Shown here one piece after another: positions 21,330 through 37,852 of a DNA stretch of 64,000 bases. Source of the DNA: Sminthopsis crassicaudata (taxonomy: Eukaryota). The position numbers were made by a program, and so were the translations under genes. The notes beneath the pieces were generated by a model that searched no databases, was not told the DNA's origin, and saw only the letters and a program-made list of their open reading frames with translations. Each line of letters begins with the position of its first letter. Position 1 is the stretch's first letter. The stretch lies in assembly GCF_048593235.1 (NCBI RefSeq), contig NC_133621.1, positions 304,987,146-305,051,145 of the forward strand, read 5' to 3'.

Positions 21330-23070
21330 TTTTACTAAGTGTTTAAATTCAAAGTGAAATTATATTGGGGTTTTTTCCTAAAGAACTGATCAGATTTGAG
21401 GGAAGGGGGCAGGGAGAAGAGAACAGATGATTCCAAATTGCAATTCTGGATGGCTGGAAAGATGGTGCTGTCCGCCACACAGATGAGGAAATTTGGAGGC
21501 AAGTTATTTTTAGGAGAGTCCAGTTTGGAATACGTCGAGTCGGAGGTACCAGTGAACTTCCAGGCAGAGATGCTCATGGTGTAGTTAGTGTTGTGTGAAT
21601 GCAGCTCAGTAAAAGAAGGATCGAGCTCCTTTGCCAAGAAAGGGCATATCTCCTCCTTTCCTCTGAGGCTTTTAAAAGGAAGAGAAGGTCTGAAATAAGC
21701 AATTTGGGAAGAGGAATAGAGCAAGAATCTCTCCAGAACAGAAGATACCAATGAAGATCCAGCTGAGTTAGACTCTGTAGATAGATGCTCCAGTTAGCCA
21801 CAGTTCTGTGATTCCTCCAGGGGATTCAGCAGCATGGGGGGGGCGGGACTAACAGAGTTAGGTTTGGGGCAAGGACAAAGGAACACAGAATTCAATGTAT
21901 AGTTTTATCTGATCATAATAATCATTTATGTACTGCTTAGCTTAAGGTTTATAAAACATTTCATATATGTTATTATTATTACTTATTGTATTTGATCCAC
22001 CAAATAACTGAGCGAGATGATATTTCCTGCTCCCTATTCTCCCTTTCTCAACATTTCTCAAGCCCTTGATGTCAAAGTCTATTCTCTGCTCCTTTACTCC
22101 ACTCTTTAATGGAGAGACCTCCACTGTTTAATGAACAGCTCGGTCTCTTCCAGCAGATCACTCTCTTGGGTATCCCCCTCTCTAATTTAAATCTAACCTA
22201 TCGCTTACAGACATACCCAGATGGTTCTCCCTCATCCTTAAAAACAAAACACAATCCTGACTGACTCTTCTATCCCCTCAAATATTATCTTCTATCTCTC
22301 TTCCTTTTCTGTGCTATCCTCTTAGAAAAAGCATCCTCCTTGCCTCTGATTGTCTTTGAATGAATTTGTAATCAATCGGAGAACTCCTTCCTTGTAATCT
22401 GGCTTCCAATTTCATACCAAAACTGAAACCGATTTCTCCAAATAAACCATAAAACAGATAATATCCCTCTCTTAATCCTTTTCCTCCTTGACTCTGCTAC
22501 ATTTGGTCACCCTCTCCAGGATACCCTCTCCTTCTTGGATTTCATTCCACTGCTTTCTTCTGGTTTTCCTCCTACCTTCCCAATCAGCCTCCAATGGTCC
22601 CCTTGGCAGGACCCACCCCTAACCCTCAAATACATCTGTATCAGTTCTGTGCCCTCTTCTCTCCTTTTCTCTTGATAGCCTCATTAGCTCACAGAGGTTT
22701 AACTATCATCTCGATGAAGATGATTCCCTGATCCATACATCCAGCTCTTGTCTCTCTCCTAAGCTCCAACTGCCTGTTGGATATTTCAACCTGGATGACG
22801 AGAGACATCTCAAACTCATTATGTCCAAAAGAATTCATTGGCTTCCTCTTTCCCCTCCCAATCCTTCCTTCTTCCAGACTTCCCTGTTTTTGTCCCGGGG
22901 ATTACCCTCTTTTTAGTGTTCCATATTCACACAGTTTCATCTTTAATTCTCCTTTCTCAGCCCCTCATATATCCAAGCAGTTTGTGAAGTTTTTCATTCT
23001 ACCCCCTTTTCTCATAACCTTCCCCTTCTCTCTACTCACATCATTGTTCTCTGTTGCCATCTGCTGGATT
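21330..23070. mobile_element. Degraded L2 (LINE2) fragments in both orientations
   Basis: L2-typical purine-rich (21380-21800) and pyrimidine-rich (21990-23070) tracts, e.g. catccagctcttgtctctctcctaagctcc...caacctggatg. Confidence 0.55.
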
Positions 23071-23920
23071 GTTGTTCATCCTTCCTTTTCAAAGACCACA
23101 ATCACAGACATCATAGTGTGGGGTTGGAGGATGGGATGTTCAGCTGTGGCTTATGGGTCCAATACAAGTTTGGAAGGCTCTACCACAGGTTGGTCACAAG
23201 TGGTCCATTCTTGGGTCCAGCGAGAAGACAACACAATGCCCTGAGCATTGGTCGCTTGCCACAGGACTTCAATAGAGCTCACATATGAAACCTGACTCTA
23301 ATCTCTCAAGCCCAGGCCCTTAAAAGACTTCACTCAACCCTTTCTACCATAGCCAAGCCACAAGATTCAGACTGAAATTAAACCTGGCTTTTCAACTCCT
23401 ATTGTCTGAAACTCTCACCTGAATGAAGTCTCCAAGTTCCTTTTCACTTCTCTCATTTGCTTGGGTCACTAAATTAGGTCTCCTTCAAATCCTTCCTGAA
23501 ATTCCTCTTAGCAACATGGCGAAGGGGCAAGGGTGAAAAGATCCCTTTCGATCCCCTCTCCTGTGATGCCTTTTGCTGCCATGCAAATCAGTTCAGGAGC
23601 CATCCTCCTGTCCCATCATTTTATAGATATGGGATCTGCAGCCCAGGGAAGCTGAGTCATGTGCCAAATGTACCCATTAGAGATGGGATCCTAGCCAGCT
23701 GTAGCACATGTCACAAGGAAGTATATCCAGTGAACTTTACTGAGACAAACATTTCTTGAATACTCAAACATACAGGTCCTTATTTTTATTTATGAAACTA
23801 AATTAAAATTCAACCAAATTGTAAGAAAGATTAACAACTATATTTTAAAATTTGAGTTTAAAAACTGAGACAAGAAATATAAAAATTTTCTTTAGCTTGT
23901 GCCTGAGCACCCATAATATA

Positions 23921-23923
<3 letters not shown>

Positions 23924-23975
<52 letters not shown>
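23924..23975. repeat. (TA)n microsatellite
   Basis: Direct reading. Confidence 0.95.
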
Positions 23976-23976
<1 letters not shown>

Positions 23977-24327
23977 TGTTCCCTTTTCTGCCAGAAAAAA
24001 ATGTTTCCCAGCTTTCCTCTTTTTGTATTCCCAGGGATTAGTGGTGACTGGCACATCATAAGCACTTAATAAATGTCTGTTAACTGACTTTTGACAACCC
24101 TGACTTTGCTGTGAGTCCATTGTTTATGTAGAATAGGTCCAAGGTGAATGGGAGTGTTACAAAGTAGACACTTAATAATCTTATTGATCAACTCATAGTC
24201 CCATCAAAGGAGTCTAAGGGTGAATCTAAGGGGCTATTTGAAGGCTTTATGTTTATGAATTTATGCAGAAAAATTTAAATATATATATTTTATATAAAAA
24301 TTTTAAATTTATATATATTTGTATATA

Positions 24328-24329
<2 letters not shown>

Positions 24330-24372
<43 letters not shown>

Positions 24373-24392
24373 TATACATGTGTGTGTGTGTA
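24330..24392. repeat. Compound (TA)n/(CA)n/(TG)n microsatellite
   Basis: Direct reading; flanked by an inverted repeat (see findings). Confidence 0.9.
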
Positions 24393-25145
24393 TCAATTTA
24401 AATTTTTTTCTGCATTTATGCACAGGCCCCTGTGGGGCATGGATTTTCTGAAGAGGGTAAAAATTGGCTGCTTTCCTCTAAAATTAATTTTGGGATAGGG
24501 ACATGAGTTAAAAAAATAAACTGATACTTTGGAGTCAAATCATCAGGCTCAAACTTAATACAAATGCAACAAATGCAAACAAATGCAAATGCAAACAAAA
24601 ACATAATGATACTATAGAGCAATGTTACCTGAGAGCATATGAGAAGACAGGCAGTGCTGATGATTTCAATGTCACCTGCAAATAAGCAGCAGTCATCAAG
24701 ATCATGTTACTACTATTAAGTCCGAGCAACATTAATAGCCGTGCAATATTACTGTAAGCATTGGGCAGAATGCATTAATAATCTATGATATTCTCAAACA
24801 ATGCTTTTGGAATGATAATAATAATAATAATGCTTTTGGAAAGAAATTCCATAGCAAATAGCAAATGATAGACTGGAAGGATATAAAATATGGAAAGCAC
24901 TTAAAAATGAGACTCAATATAGCAGCAAAACAAATTCAGCTGAAAAGGAAATAGTCTTCATTTTGACATTTCCCCGATATTAATATTCCTATATGTGACT
25001 TTACTACTTTCAACATGTGGTATATACATATGGAAACAGTAATATGAGATAGGTAAATATCTCTGTTGTAGCTTAGAAAGTGGACTCATTTGTGTGAGAC
25101 CTAAGTAAAAGTCCAGCCAAGGAGTTTGAATAAAAATATTGTATT

Positions 25146-25730
25146 GCATTTTTTAAATTTTTATTAATTTTTATAATTATAACATTTTTTGACAGTACAT
25201 ATGCATAGGTTTTTTTTTTTTTTTACAACATTATCCCTTGTACTCCCTTCTGTTCCTAATTTTTCCCCTCCCGTCCACCCCCTCCCCTAGATGGCAGGCA
25301 TTCCCATATATATTAAATATCTTATAGTATATCCTAGGTACAATATATATGTGCAGAACCGAATTTTGTTGTTGTTGTTGTTGCAAAGGAAGAATTGTAT
25401 TCGAAAGGCAAAAATAATCTGGGAAGAAAAATAATAATAATAATAATGCTCACAGTTGACACTCATTTCTCAGTGTTCCTTCTCTGCGTGTAGCTGATTC
25501 TGTCCATCATTGATCAATTGGAATTGGATTAGCTCTTCTCTATGTTGAAGATATCCACTTCCATCAGAATACATCCTCATACAGTATCATTGTTGAAGTG
25601 TATAATGATCCCCTAGTTCTGCTCGTTTCACTCAGCATCAGTTCATGTCAGTCTCTCCAAGCCTCTCTGTATTCCTCCTGTTGGTCATTTCTTACAGAAC
25701 AATAATATTCCATAACATTCATATATATGG
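25146..25730 (-). mobile_element. Young 5'-truncated L1 (3' UTR plus end of ORF2) nested in an older L1 end
   Basis: Near-identical to the copies at 44823-45390 and 47069-47387. TSD tattgtatt at 25137-25145 and 25731-25739. Confidence 0.85.
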
Positions 25731-25919
25731 TATTGTATTTAACTTATACTTGAACATATTTAATGTGTATTGGTCAACCTGCCATCTGGGGGAGAGAGTG
25801 GGGGGAAAGAGGGGAAAAGTTGGAACAAAAGGTTTTGCAGTTGGCAATGTTATAAAATTACCCATGCATATATCTGGTAAATAAAAAGCTATAATAAAAA
25901 ATAAATTACAAAAAGAATA
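25731..25919 (+). mobile_element. Older L1 3' terminus with A-rich tail
   Basis: cctgccatctgggggagagagtggggggaaag...cccatgcatatatctgg...aataaaaaataaa. Confidence 0.75.
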
Positions 25920-28347
25920 AAAATATGGAAAACACTTAAAAAAGGAGACAACATATCAGCAAAATAAATTCAGCTGAAAAGGGAATAGTCTTCATTTTGA
26001 CATTTCCCCACTATTAATATTCCTATATGTAACTTTACTACTTCCAGCTACTTCTTCTAGCTTAGAATGTGAACTCATTCATGTGAGACCCAAGTAAAAA
26101 TCCAGCCAAGGAGTTCGAATTAATTTAGAATGAGTTAATGTCAGATTTAGCCATCAGATGGCACTCTACTCCAGCTGTTCCTCTAGGTCTGCAAAATTTG
26201 GTTACAGACCCATTACAGTTACTTTCTATCTGACTTTCCCTGCCGGAACATGCAGAATTCCCTATCCTGGGTTCCCAGATTCCAATCTAGTCTAGTAAAT
26301 GAAATATTGATCAAATATTAAAACATGAAATCTACTATTTAGATCTCAGTTCACTAGGTCCATCTTATTTATTTTCCAGAAATTCATTCACCTACTTAGC
26401 ATATTGTGGTCACATTATTTTTAATAATATGACAAAGTACAAATGATAGTTCTTCCAGTCATTGCACTTCCTCCAAGGGGTTCTACACAAATGTTATAAC
26501 TTCCTGACTGTACATTACCAAATCTCATGAAGAGAAATGGGAGAGAGAGCTTTCATTCCCCTTTTTTTCAATTTCTTGGATTCTAGGAAACTGGAGAAAA
26601 AAGAAAATTCCCTTTGGTGGAACAGCCCCCAGATCTATAGTAGCTCCAGAAGATGATTCTGGGTGATATTCCATCTGCTCAAACCACTCATTATTCATGC
26701 CCCTTGCCCTTTGGCACTAGCTTTTCCCTTTTTGGAATCTGCACCAAAGGTTAAAAAATACAAAAGAAATAGAAAACCAAAGTACAAATGGTGCTCTTTT
26801 ATTCTCTCCCCCATTCTGTTTTCCTTCTATAGAAAAACAAGGATGAAATAGGTGCAAGAGAAGAAATGGATCATCCTTTTCCTCCACCAAAAAAAGGGGG
26901 GGGAATTCAAAGAGGTCAAGAAAAAAACAAACTGGCCTTCTCAGGGACCAGACAGAGGTCCAGCACTCAATATGCCCTCCCTACAGAGCCAGCATCCATC
27001 CCTCTTGCTGGCCAGGGTCCGACAGATGAGTGATGAGCACTATGTGCCTTTTCCCTGCCCAAGAAACCACCTTCCATGAGTAGACCTACATCTGTCAATG
27101 GCCTGCCTGAGCCTTGAGGTCACAATGGAGTTGATGTGGTCAAGGGTCATAGGTTTGAACCCCAACTCTGCCACTTACTTTGTGATCTTCTTCTATAGAA
27201 GGTGGATGACAGTGCTTTCAGGATTCCTACCTCCCCTTCTCCCTCCCCAGTGAGAGAAGTAATGGAAGCAGGAGCTATTAGTAGAATAAGAAAAGCTCCT
27301 TTCAGCAAGAACGAGGGGCAGCTTCGGAACACCAGAGTGCACAAGCTACTGGACCTGGAATCGGAAAGATGAGTTCTAATCCAGCCACAACAGTAATTTC
27401 AACCCTGGGCAAGTTAATTAACCTGTCTCGAGTTTTTTATCTGTAAAATGGGGGGAGAGGAGTAAAGTGGGAGAATAATAGTTGTGAAGATGAAATATCT
27501 ATGAAGTTTTGGGCACAGAGTATTTAATAAATGCGTATTCTCTTCTAAAGATAGTTCATTACATTTCTATCTTTGTGTCCACAGTATTTGATGCATACTG
27601 GGAGTTTAGGAGATGTTTGTCTGTTGGGATTATTGGTACAAGCCAGGTATAATTTTGCAATCTCGTGTCTCTAGTTTAGCACAGTGCCTGGCCCATAGGA
27701 AGCATTTCACAAATGCCTCTTGGTTGATTTGAATCAGTGATTCAGGAAGAATCTATAAAGAACTAAACTCTAACTTGACAAATCTGCTTCCTAAGGGAAG
27801 GAAAAAGAGAGCCTGATGTTCCTGTCCTATAACCAAAGCATAGATGTCAGAGAAGTAGCAGGAGCCCCTGGAAACCAGAAGTTTCCAGTCTAATGTGGGG
27901 AGGGCAAATGTCAGGGAGGTATGAAAGATCAGAGGGAAGAACAGGGGTGACCTGGGAAGGCCTCAGGCCCCTTGAGATGAAATAAAGAGAATGTCATTAC
28001 AGCACACCCGAGCAAAGCCAGTGTTCTCAGTCAGCAATCCTGCACTTACTTCTAGATTATATTGATCTTCTACAAATTGGGGCTAAATCTGCCATTTCGC
28101 CCTCTCTGTTACAGTTCCACCCTGAGTCCCATCCAGGTACCAGATGCCTCAGTAAGGCTGAGCCATGGTTTCTATTGTAGAGTTCTCCACTCTCATGGGG
28201 CAGCAGGGTTAGTGAGAAAGGTTCTGGATTCAGAAGAGATCCCCATTCAAAGTTCACCACTGCCTAGTTTTATAAACTTGGCCAAGTCCTTTTCTCCTGC
28301 TGAGTCTGTTTCCACAACCCCAAAACAAGGAGGTTGGCAGTGATGAT

Positions 28348-28700
28348 TTCTAAGGTCCCTCCGGGCTCTGACATCCCCTCTTCTAAGCTCCCTTCCAGCC
28401 CTGACATCCCCTGTTCTAAGGCCCCTCCCAGCTTTGACATCCCCTGTTCTAAGGCCCCTCTCAGCTCTGACATTATCTATTCTAAGCTCCCTCCCAGCTT
28501 TGTCATTCTCTGTTCTAAGGCCCCTCCCAGCTCTGGGATTATCTGTTCTGAGGTCTCTCCCAGCTAACTTTCATTGTTCTAGGCCATTTCCAGCTGTGAC
28601 CTTCACTGTTCTAAGTTCTCCCAGTTCTGCCTTTCATAGTTCTAAGACCCCTCCCCAACTCTGATATTCTCTGTTCTAAGGTTCCTCTCAGCTGACTCAG
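28348..28700 (+). repeat. 33-bp minisatellite, about 11 units, derived from a MIR 3' tail
   Basis: Unit about TTCTAAGGCCCCTCCCAGCTCTGACATCCCCTG; TTCTA recurs at about 33-nt spacing from 28348 to about 28674. Confidence 0.85.
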
Positions 28701-28834
28701 AGAACACTGGTGATGCGGGGAGCAATCATTGAGGGTCAGTCTGCTCCTTGCCTCTGCTTGGGGCAGGCTTGTGAAGGAATTAAAGCACAAATTAAAGGGA
28801 TAAGATTAATTAATTACTTGATAATTAAAGGGAT

Positions 28835-29365
28835 AAGACAGAGTTCTCAGACTTACAAGGACTTTCATGATGCTGAGTGAAATGAGCAGGACCAGGAGAT
28901 CACTATGCACTTCAACAGTGAGACTACATGATGATCCGTTCTGATGGACGAGGCCCTCTCCAACAATGAGAGGAACCAAATCAGTTTCAATAGAGCAGAG
29001 ATGAACTGAACCAGCTACACCCAGTGAAAGAACTCTGGGAGATGAGTGTGGACCACAGCACAGCATCTGCACTCTCAGTTGTTGTTTGCTTGCTTTTTTG
29101 TTTTTTTTCCCAGGTTACTTTTACCTTCTTTCTAAATCCGATTTGTCTTATGCAGCTACTGTATAAATATGCATACATATATTGCATTTAATATACATAC
29201 ATATATTGCATTTAACATATACTTTAACATATGGAACATGTTTGGGACTGCCTGCCATCTAGGGGGAGGGGCTGGAGGGAAGGAGATGAAAAGTTGGAAC
29301 AAAGGTTTTGCAAGGGTCAATGCTGACAAATTATCCAGGCGTATGTTTGTAAATAAAAAGGTATC
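28835..29365 (+). mobile_element. L1 3' fragment (ORF2 end and 3' UTR)
   Basis: catgatgctgagtgaaatgagcaggaccaggaga...ctgccatctagggggagggg...aataaaaag. Confidence 0.8.
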
Positions 29366-29499
29366 TATAGAAAGAGAGAGATCCAGCTCTCCTCCGCAGA
29401 GCTGGGATTGGAACCCAAATGTCCAGCCCCCCAAGCCTGGGCTCCGATCAGCTCCAGCAAAAGCTATGGGGAAACAGGAGTTGGGGTGGGTGGCGGCGG

Positions 29500-33775
<4,276 letters not shown>

Positions 33776-34055
33776 CTCCTGGGAGGCCAGGCCCACGAGA
33801 AGGGACGGAGACCCCTCCCGGTCCCCGCCTCTGTCCATTTGTCCAGCCGCTCCCACCCCCCTGAGCGTCCGCGTGTGCGGCCGCAGCCGCGCTTCCCTTC
33901 CGCGCCGCTTAAGGCAGGCCCCTGGAGGGCCGCAGAGTATTCTCCGTGGCAGGGTCAGAGGCTGGGCCGCAGAGCCCCGAGCACCCTGGCTGCTGGAGCT
34001 CCCGCCCTGAGCTCCAGTGAGTCTGTCTGTCTGTGAGCCTGTGGCCCTGTGTGGA

Positions 34056-34061
34056 AATAAA
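34056..34061 (+). terminator. Polyadenylation signal of ODF3B
   Basis: AATAAA 280 nt after the stop, followed by U/GU-rich sequence. Confidence 0.75.
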
Positions 34062-34959
34062 CCTTGACCTCTGCGTGCTGCTCCTTTGTCCCCTCACCTG
34101 AGCTAAGGGAACCGGGGGCATGAGAAAGATAGACGAAGAGTCACCCAATGGCTCTTCGATCCTATTTCGGGCGCCCACAAGCAATCCCCCCTGCAAACCG
34201 GAGAGTCCAGCTAGGAGGATCTGGGGTGGGGGGAGAAAGAAAAACATTTCCTTGCTCCCTTTCCCCAGTGGGTCCCTCCGTCCAGCCTTCCCCCAGACAG
34301 ACATTTAGGTTTAATTATTTGAGAAAAGTCCCTGTTTAGAATATAATCCCACTGGTTTTTCTAGTCGCCACATCACTGACAAGTTTTATCCCCACTAAAC
34401 CTCTCAGATCTTTTTCTCCCCCAAATGCTTTTAACTATACCTCTCCCAAGTCATGTTTGTGCAGTGTGTGCTGAGTCACTCTGGATGGCCTCCCCTACAT
34501 CATGCTCTTACAGAAACAAGAACTCTTGTAAATAAAAAGCTTTAATAAAAAAGTAACCTCATTGAGAGGTTTTATTAATTTTTACATTAATAAAAAGAAA
34601 GAACTCCCAGCCAATCACATATCCTGTAGAAAAGGATGAATAAAGTATAATGTTTGGCCACTAAGAACAACATGACTACCTGTCCATGAGTAATCTATTT
34701 CTAAAATTTCATCAAAGCTCTAGTCTATGCCTCTGGCTTGGCAACATAATCTACCATTTGTTTTTTAAATGTTTATTAATAATATTAATATTAATACATT
34801 TTATTAATAATATTACATTAATATAATGTAAGTTTCTTACATTGTCAAAAGTTAAACCAAGTAGCCTTCCCATTCCTCTCCCAGAGTCATCCCAGAGTTA
34901 TTTTTGTAACTAGCATTTACATACTCCTTTTATATGTTCAAAGTGTTTTAGAAATGACA

Positions 34960-36530
34960 AATGGTATTTTTAAGAGGAAAAAAGTCAGCAGATTGATGTA
35001 CAGGGGGAAATTTAAAAAAAATATGTCATGTATAACATCTATGGACCTCTCAGTTCTACATAGAATTATGTTGGAGGTGGCCTCTCCATTTGAGTCCTGT
35101 TCTTGAGCTCTATAATTTTGTTAATTTATTTTTGGTTGTTTTGGGTTGTCACTGTTCTTTACATTTAGTTTGCTGCAGTTAACCGTGTAGATTGTTTTCT
35201 TGGCTCTGCTGACTTCCCTCTGCATCAATTCATATAGATCTTCCCCTGCTTCTTTGAATTCATGACAATTTCTTATAAAAGAATAGTACTCTTATATTCA
35301 TATACCACAATTTGTTGAACCACTCCCCCATTCGATGGGCATCAACCAGATTTCCAATTCTTTACTATCACAAAAAAAGGGTTGCTATAAATATTTTAGT
35401 ATATACAGGAATTTTCTTTCTATCAATGGCTTCCTTAAGCTATTAGCTCAGTAAAGGAACTTCTGGTTCATAGATATTTTAGTTACTTTGCTTTCCAAAA
35501 TGATTTTACCATTTCATAGCTCCACCAGCAATGCATTAGTATACCTATCCTATTATACCTCTCCTACCACCCCTCCAACATTAAGGGTTGCCATTTTGGG
35601 GATCATTTTTGCCAATTTGTGAGGTGTGAGATGAAACCTCAGGATGGCTTTGATTTGCATGTTTTATTATTGATTTGGAGCATTTTTTGGGGGGAAGTTC
35701 TCAATATAGAATGATTTATGAAATATGAAATTAATTTTGAGGCAAATATTAGGCCTTAAATATAAGTCCTACTACCCCTTATGTTCTTTTTTTTTATTTT
35801 ATTTATAATTTTTTACAGTATATATGCATGAGTAATTAATTTTTTTATAACATTATCCCTTATATTCATTTTTCCAAATTATCCCCTCTACTCCCTCCCC
35901 TTGATGACAGGTAATCCCATACATTTTGCATGCGTTACAATATAACCTAGATACAATATATGTGTGTAAATCCCATTTTCTTGTTGCACATTAAGTATTG
36001 TATTCCGAAGGTGTAAGTAACCTGGGTAGATAGACAGTAGTGCTAACAATTTACATTCACTTCCCAGTGTTCCTTCTCTGGGTGTAGTTGTTTCTGTCCA
36101 TCATTGATCCACTGGAAGTGAGTTGGATCTTCTTTATGTTGAAGATATCCATTTCCATCAGAATACATCTTCATACAACATTGAAGTGTACAGCAATCTT
36201 CTGGTTCTGCGCATTTCACTCAGCATCAGTTGATGAAAGTCTCTCCAAGCCTCTCTGTATTCCTCCTGTTGGTCATTTCTTACAGAGCAATAATATTCCA
36301 TAACCTTCATATACCATAATTTACCCAACCATTCTCCAATTGATGGACATCCATTCATCTTCCAGTTTCTAGCTACAACAAAAAGAGCTGCCACAAACAT
36401 TTTGGCACACACAGGTCCCTTTCCGCTTTTTATTTCTTTGGGATATAAGCCCAATAGCAGCAATGCTGGATCAAAGGGTATGCACAGTTTGATAACTTTT
36501 TGGGCATAATTCCAGATTGCTCAATTTGGA
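34960..36530 (-). mobile_element. Old L1 fragment (about 34960-35760) and a younger L1 3' end with ORF2 C-terminus (about 35785-36525)
   Basis: ORF 36158-36463 translates LLGLYPKEI...KMFVAALFVVARNWK...CPSIGEWLGKLWY, the L1 ORF2 C-terminal signature. Confidence 0.85.
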
Positions 36531-36564
36531 GCGTTTTTTATGCTATTATGAATACTTTGCAATT

Positions 36565-36705
36565 TTTTCCTCCTGAGGCAATTGGGGTTAAGTGACTTGC
36601 CCAAGATCACACAACCAGGAAGTTAAGTGTTGGAGATCAAATTTGAACTCTGGTCCTCCTGATTTCAGGGCTGGTGCGCTATCCATTGCGCCACTGAGCT
36701 GCCCC
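36565..36705 (-). mobile_element. WSINE1-type SINE
   Basis: Reverse reads GGGGCAGCTCAGTGGCGCAATGGATAGCGCACC. TSD actttgcaatt at 36554-36564 and 36706-36716. Confidence 0.88.
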
Positions 36706-36974
36706 ACTTTGCAATTCTTTTGAGAACTTTTTGTTCATATTCTTTGAGTGTGTTTGTGTGTGTGTGTGTGTCTCTGACTGTGCATGAAATCATATACCAA
36801 GCTTTTATCTCGCATTTATTTCTTTAGCATGGCCTATTATTTTATTGATCTGCAGAGCTTCAGCCAAGGGATTTTCTTTACCAACACAGGGCAACATTTC
36901 TCAGCAATATCTAATTTTAGAGAATTAGCTGTGGCATTTAGAGGTGAAATAATATAATAATAATTGATATTTTT

Positions 36975-37640
36975 GCAACTAGCATTTACAGACTCCTTTT
37001 ATATGTTCAAAGTGTTTTAGAAATATTTCACTTGATTCTCACTAAAAAAAAAAACCCTGGAGTAGGTGCTATTATCCCCATTTTGTAGGTGGGAAAACTA
37101 CAGCAGCAAAAGCTAAGTTATTTACCCATGGGTCACTCAGTAAGTATCTGAGGCAGGATTTGAATTCGAGTCTTCCTAACTTCTTGTCCAGTCCCTCTAG
37201 AAGCTTTGCCAGAGTCCTATAGCCAGTATGGAACAGAAGGGAGACTAATCCAGTCTTCCTGATGCCAGCTTTCTATCCACCATACATTGCTACCTTCCAT
37301 AATCTAACCATCAAATAAAAGATTTCTCAACTAATGATTTATCCTCCCCTCTCTACTATTAATTCATAGGATTCAATAATTCATTACTACTGGCCATATG
37401 GTTTATCAAGTTGCTGTTTGTTGTTCATTTCCAATCATGTCCCACTCTTCACTAGCCTATTTGGGGTTTTCATGGGAAGGATACTAGAGTGGCCATTTCT
37501 TTTTCTAGCTCATTTTACAGACGAGGAAACTGAAGCAAACAGTTAAGTGACTTGCCCAAGATCACACAGCTAGGAGGTGTCTGAGGCAGTAGTTGAATTC
37601 AGATCCTTCTGATTCCAGATCCAGTGCTCTCTATCCACCC
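36975..37640. mobile_element. MIR fragment (about 36975-37190) and Mar1-like SINE (about 37420-37640)
   Basis: gtaggtgctattatccccattttgtagg; ggggttttcatgggaaggatactagagtgg...cattttacagacgaggaaactga. Confidence 0.65.
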
Positions 37641-37806
37641 ACCTGCTCCATTAATTTAGTTTAATTTAAGTGGCACTGTATTAAACAAATCAACCATCAT
37701 TTATTAGGTGGCTGTGCTAAGTACCAAGCAGACAGAAGCAAAACCTTCATCCATTGTCAAAGAATTCACTCAGGGAGACAACTACAAACAGGACCCCGCT
37801 GGAAAT

Positions 37807-37810
<4 letters not shown>

Positions 37811-37851
<41 letters not shown>
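37811..37851. repeat. (CA)n microsatellite
   Basis: Direct reading; another (TG)n lies at about 36748-36772. Confidence 0.95.

Positions 37852-37852
<1 letters not shown>

Noticed and set aside
28348-28700. CRISPR-like regularly spaced repeat (also 62801-62960 and 13600-14890)
   Set aside because: Units are contiguous with no unique spacers, there are no cas genes, and the DNA is mammalian; these are minisatellites.
36158-36463. L1 ORF2 C-terminal ORFs (also 42673-42915 and 47604-47822) as active elements
   Set aside because: Short 5'-truncated fragments lacking ORF1, endonuclease and RT.
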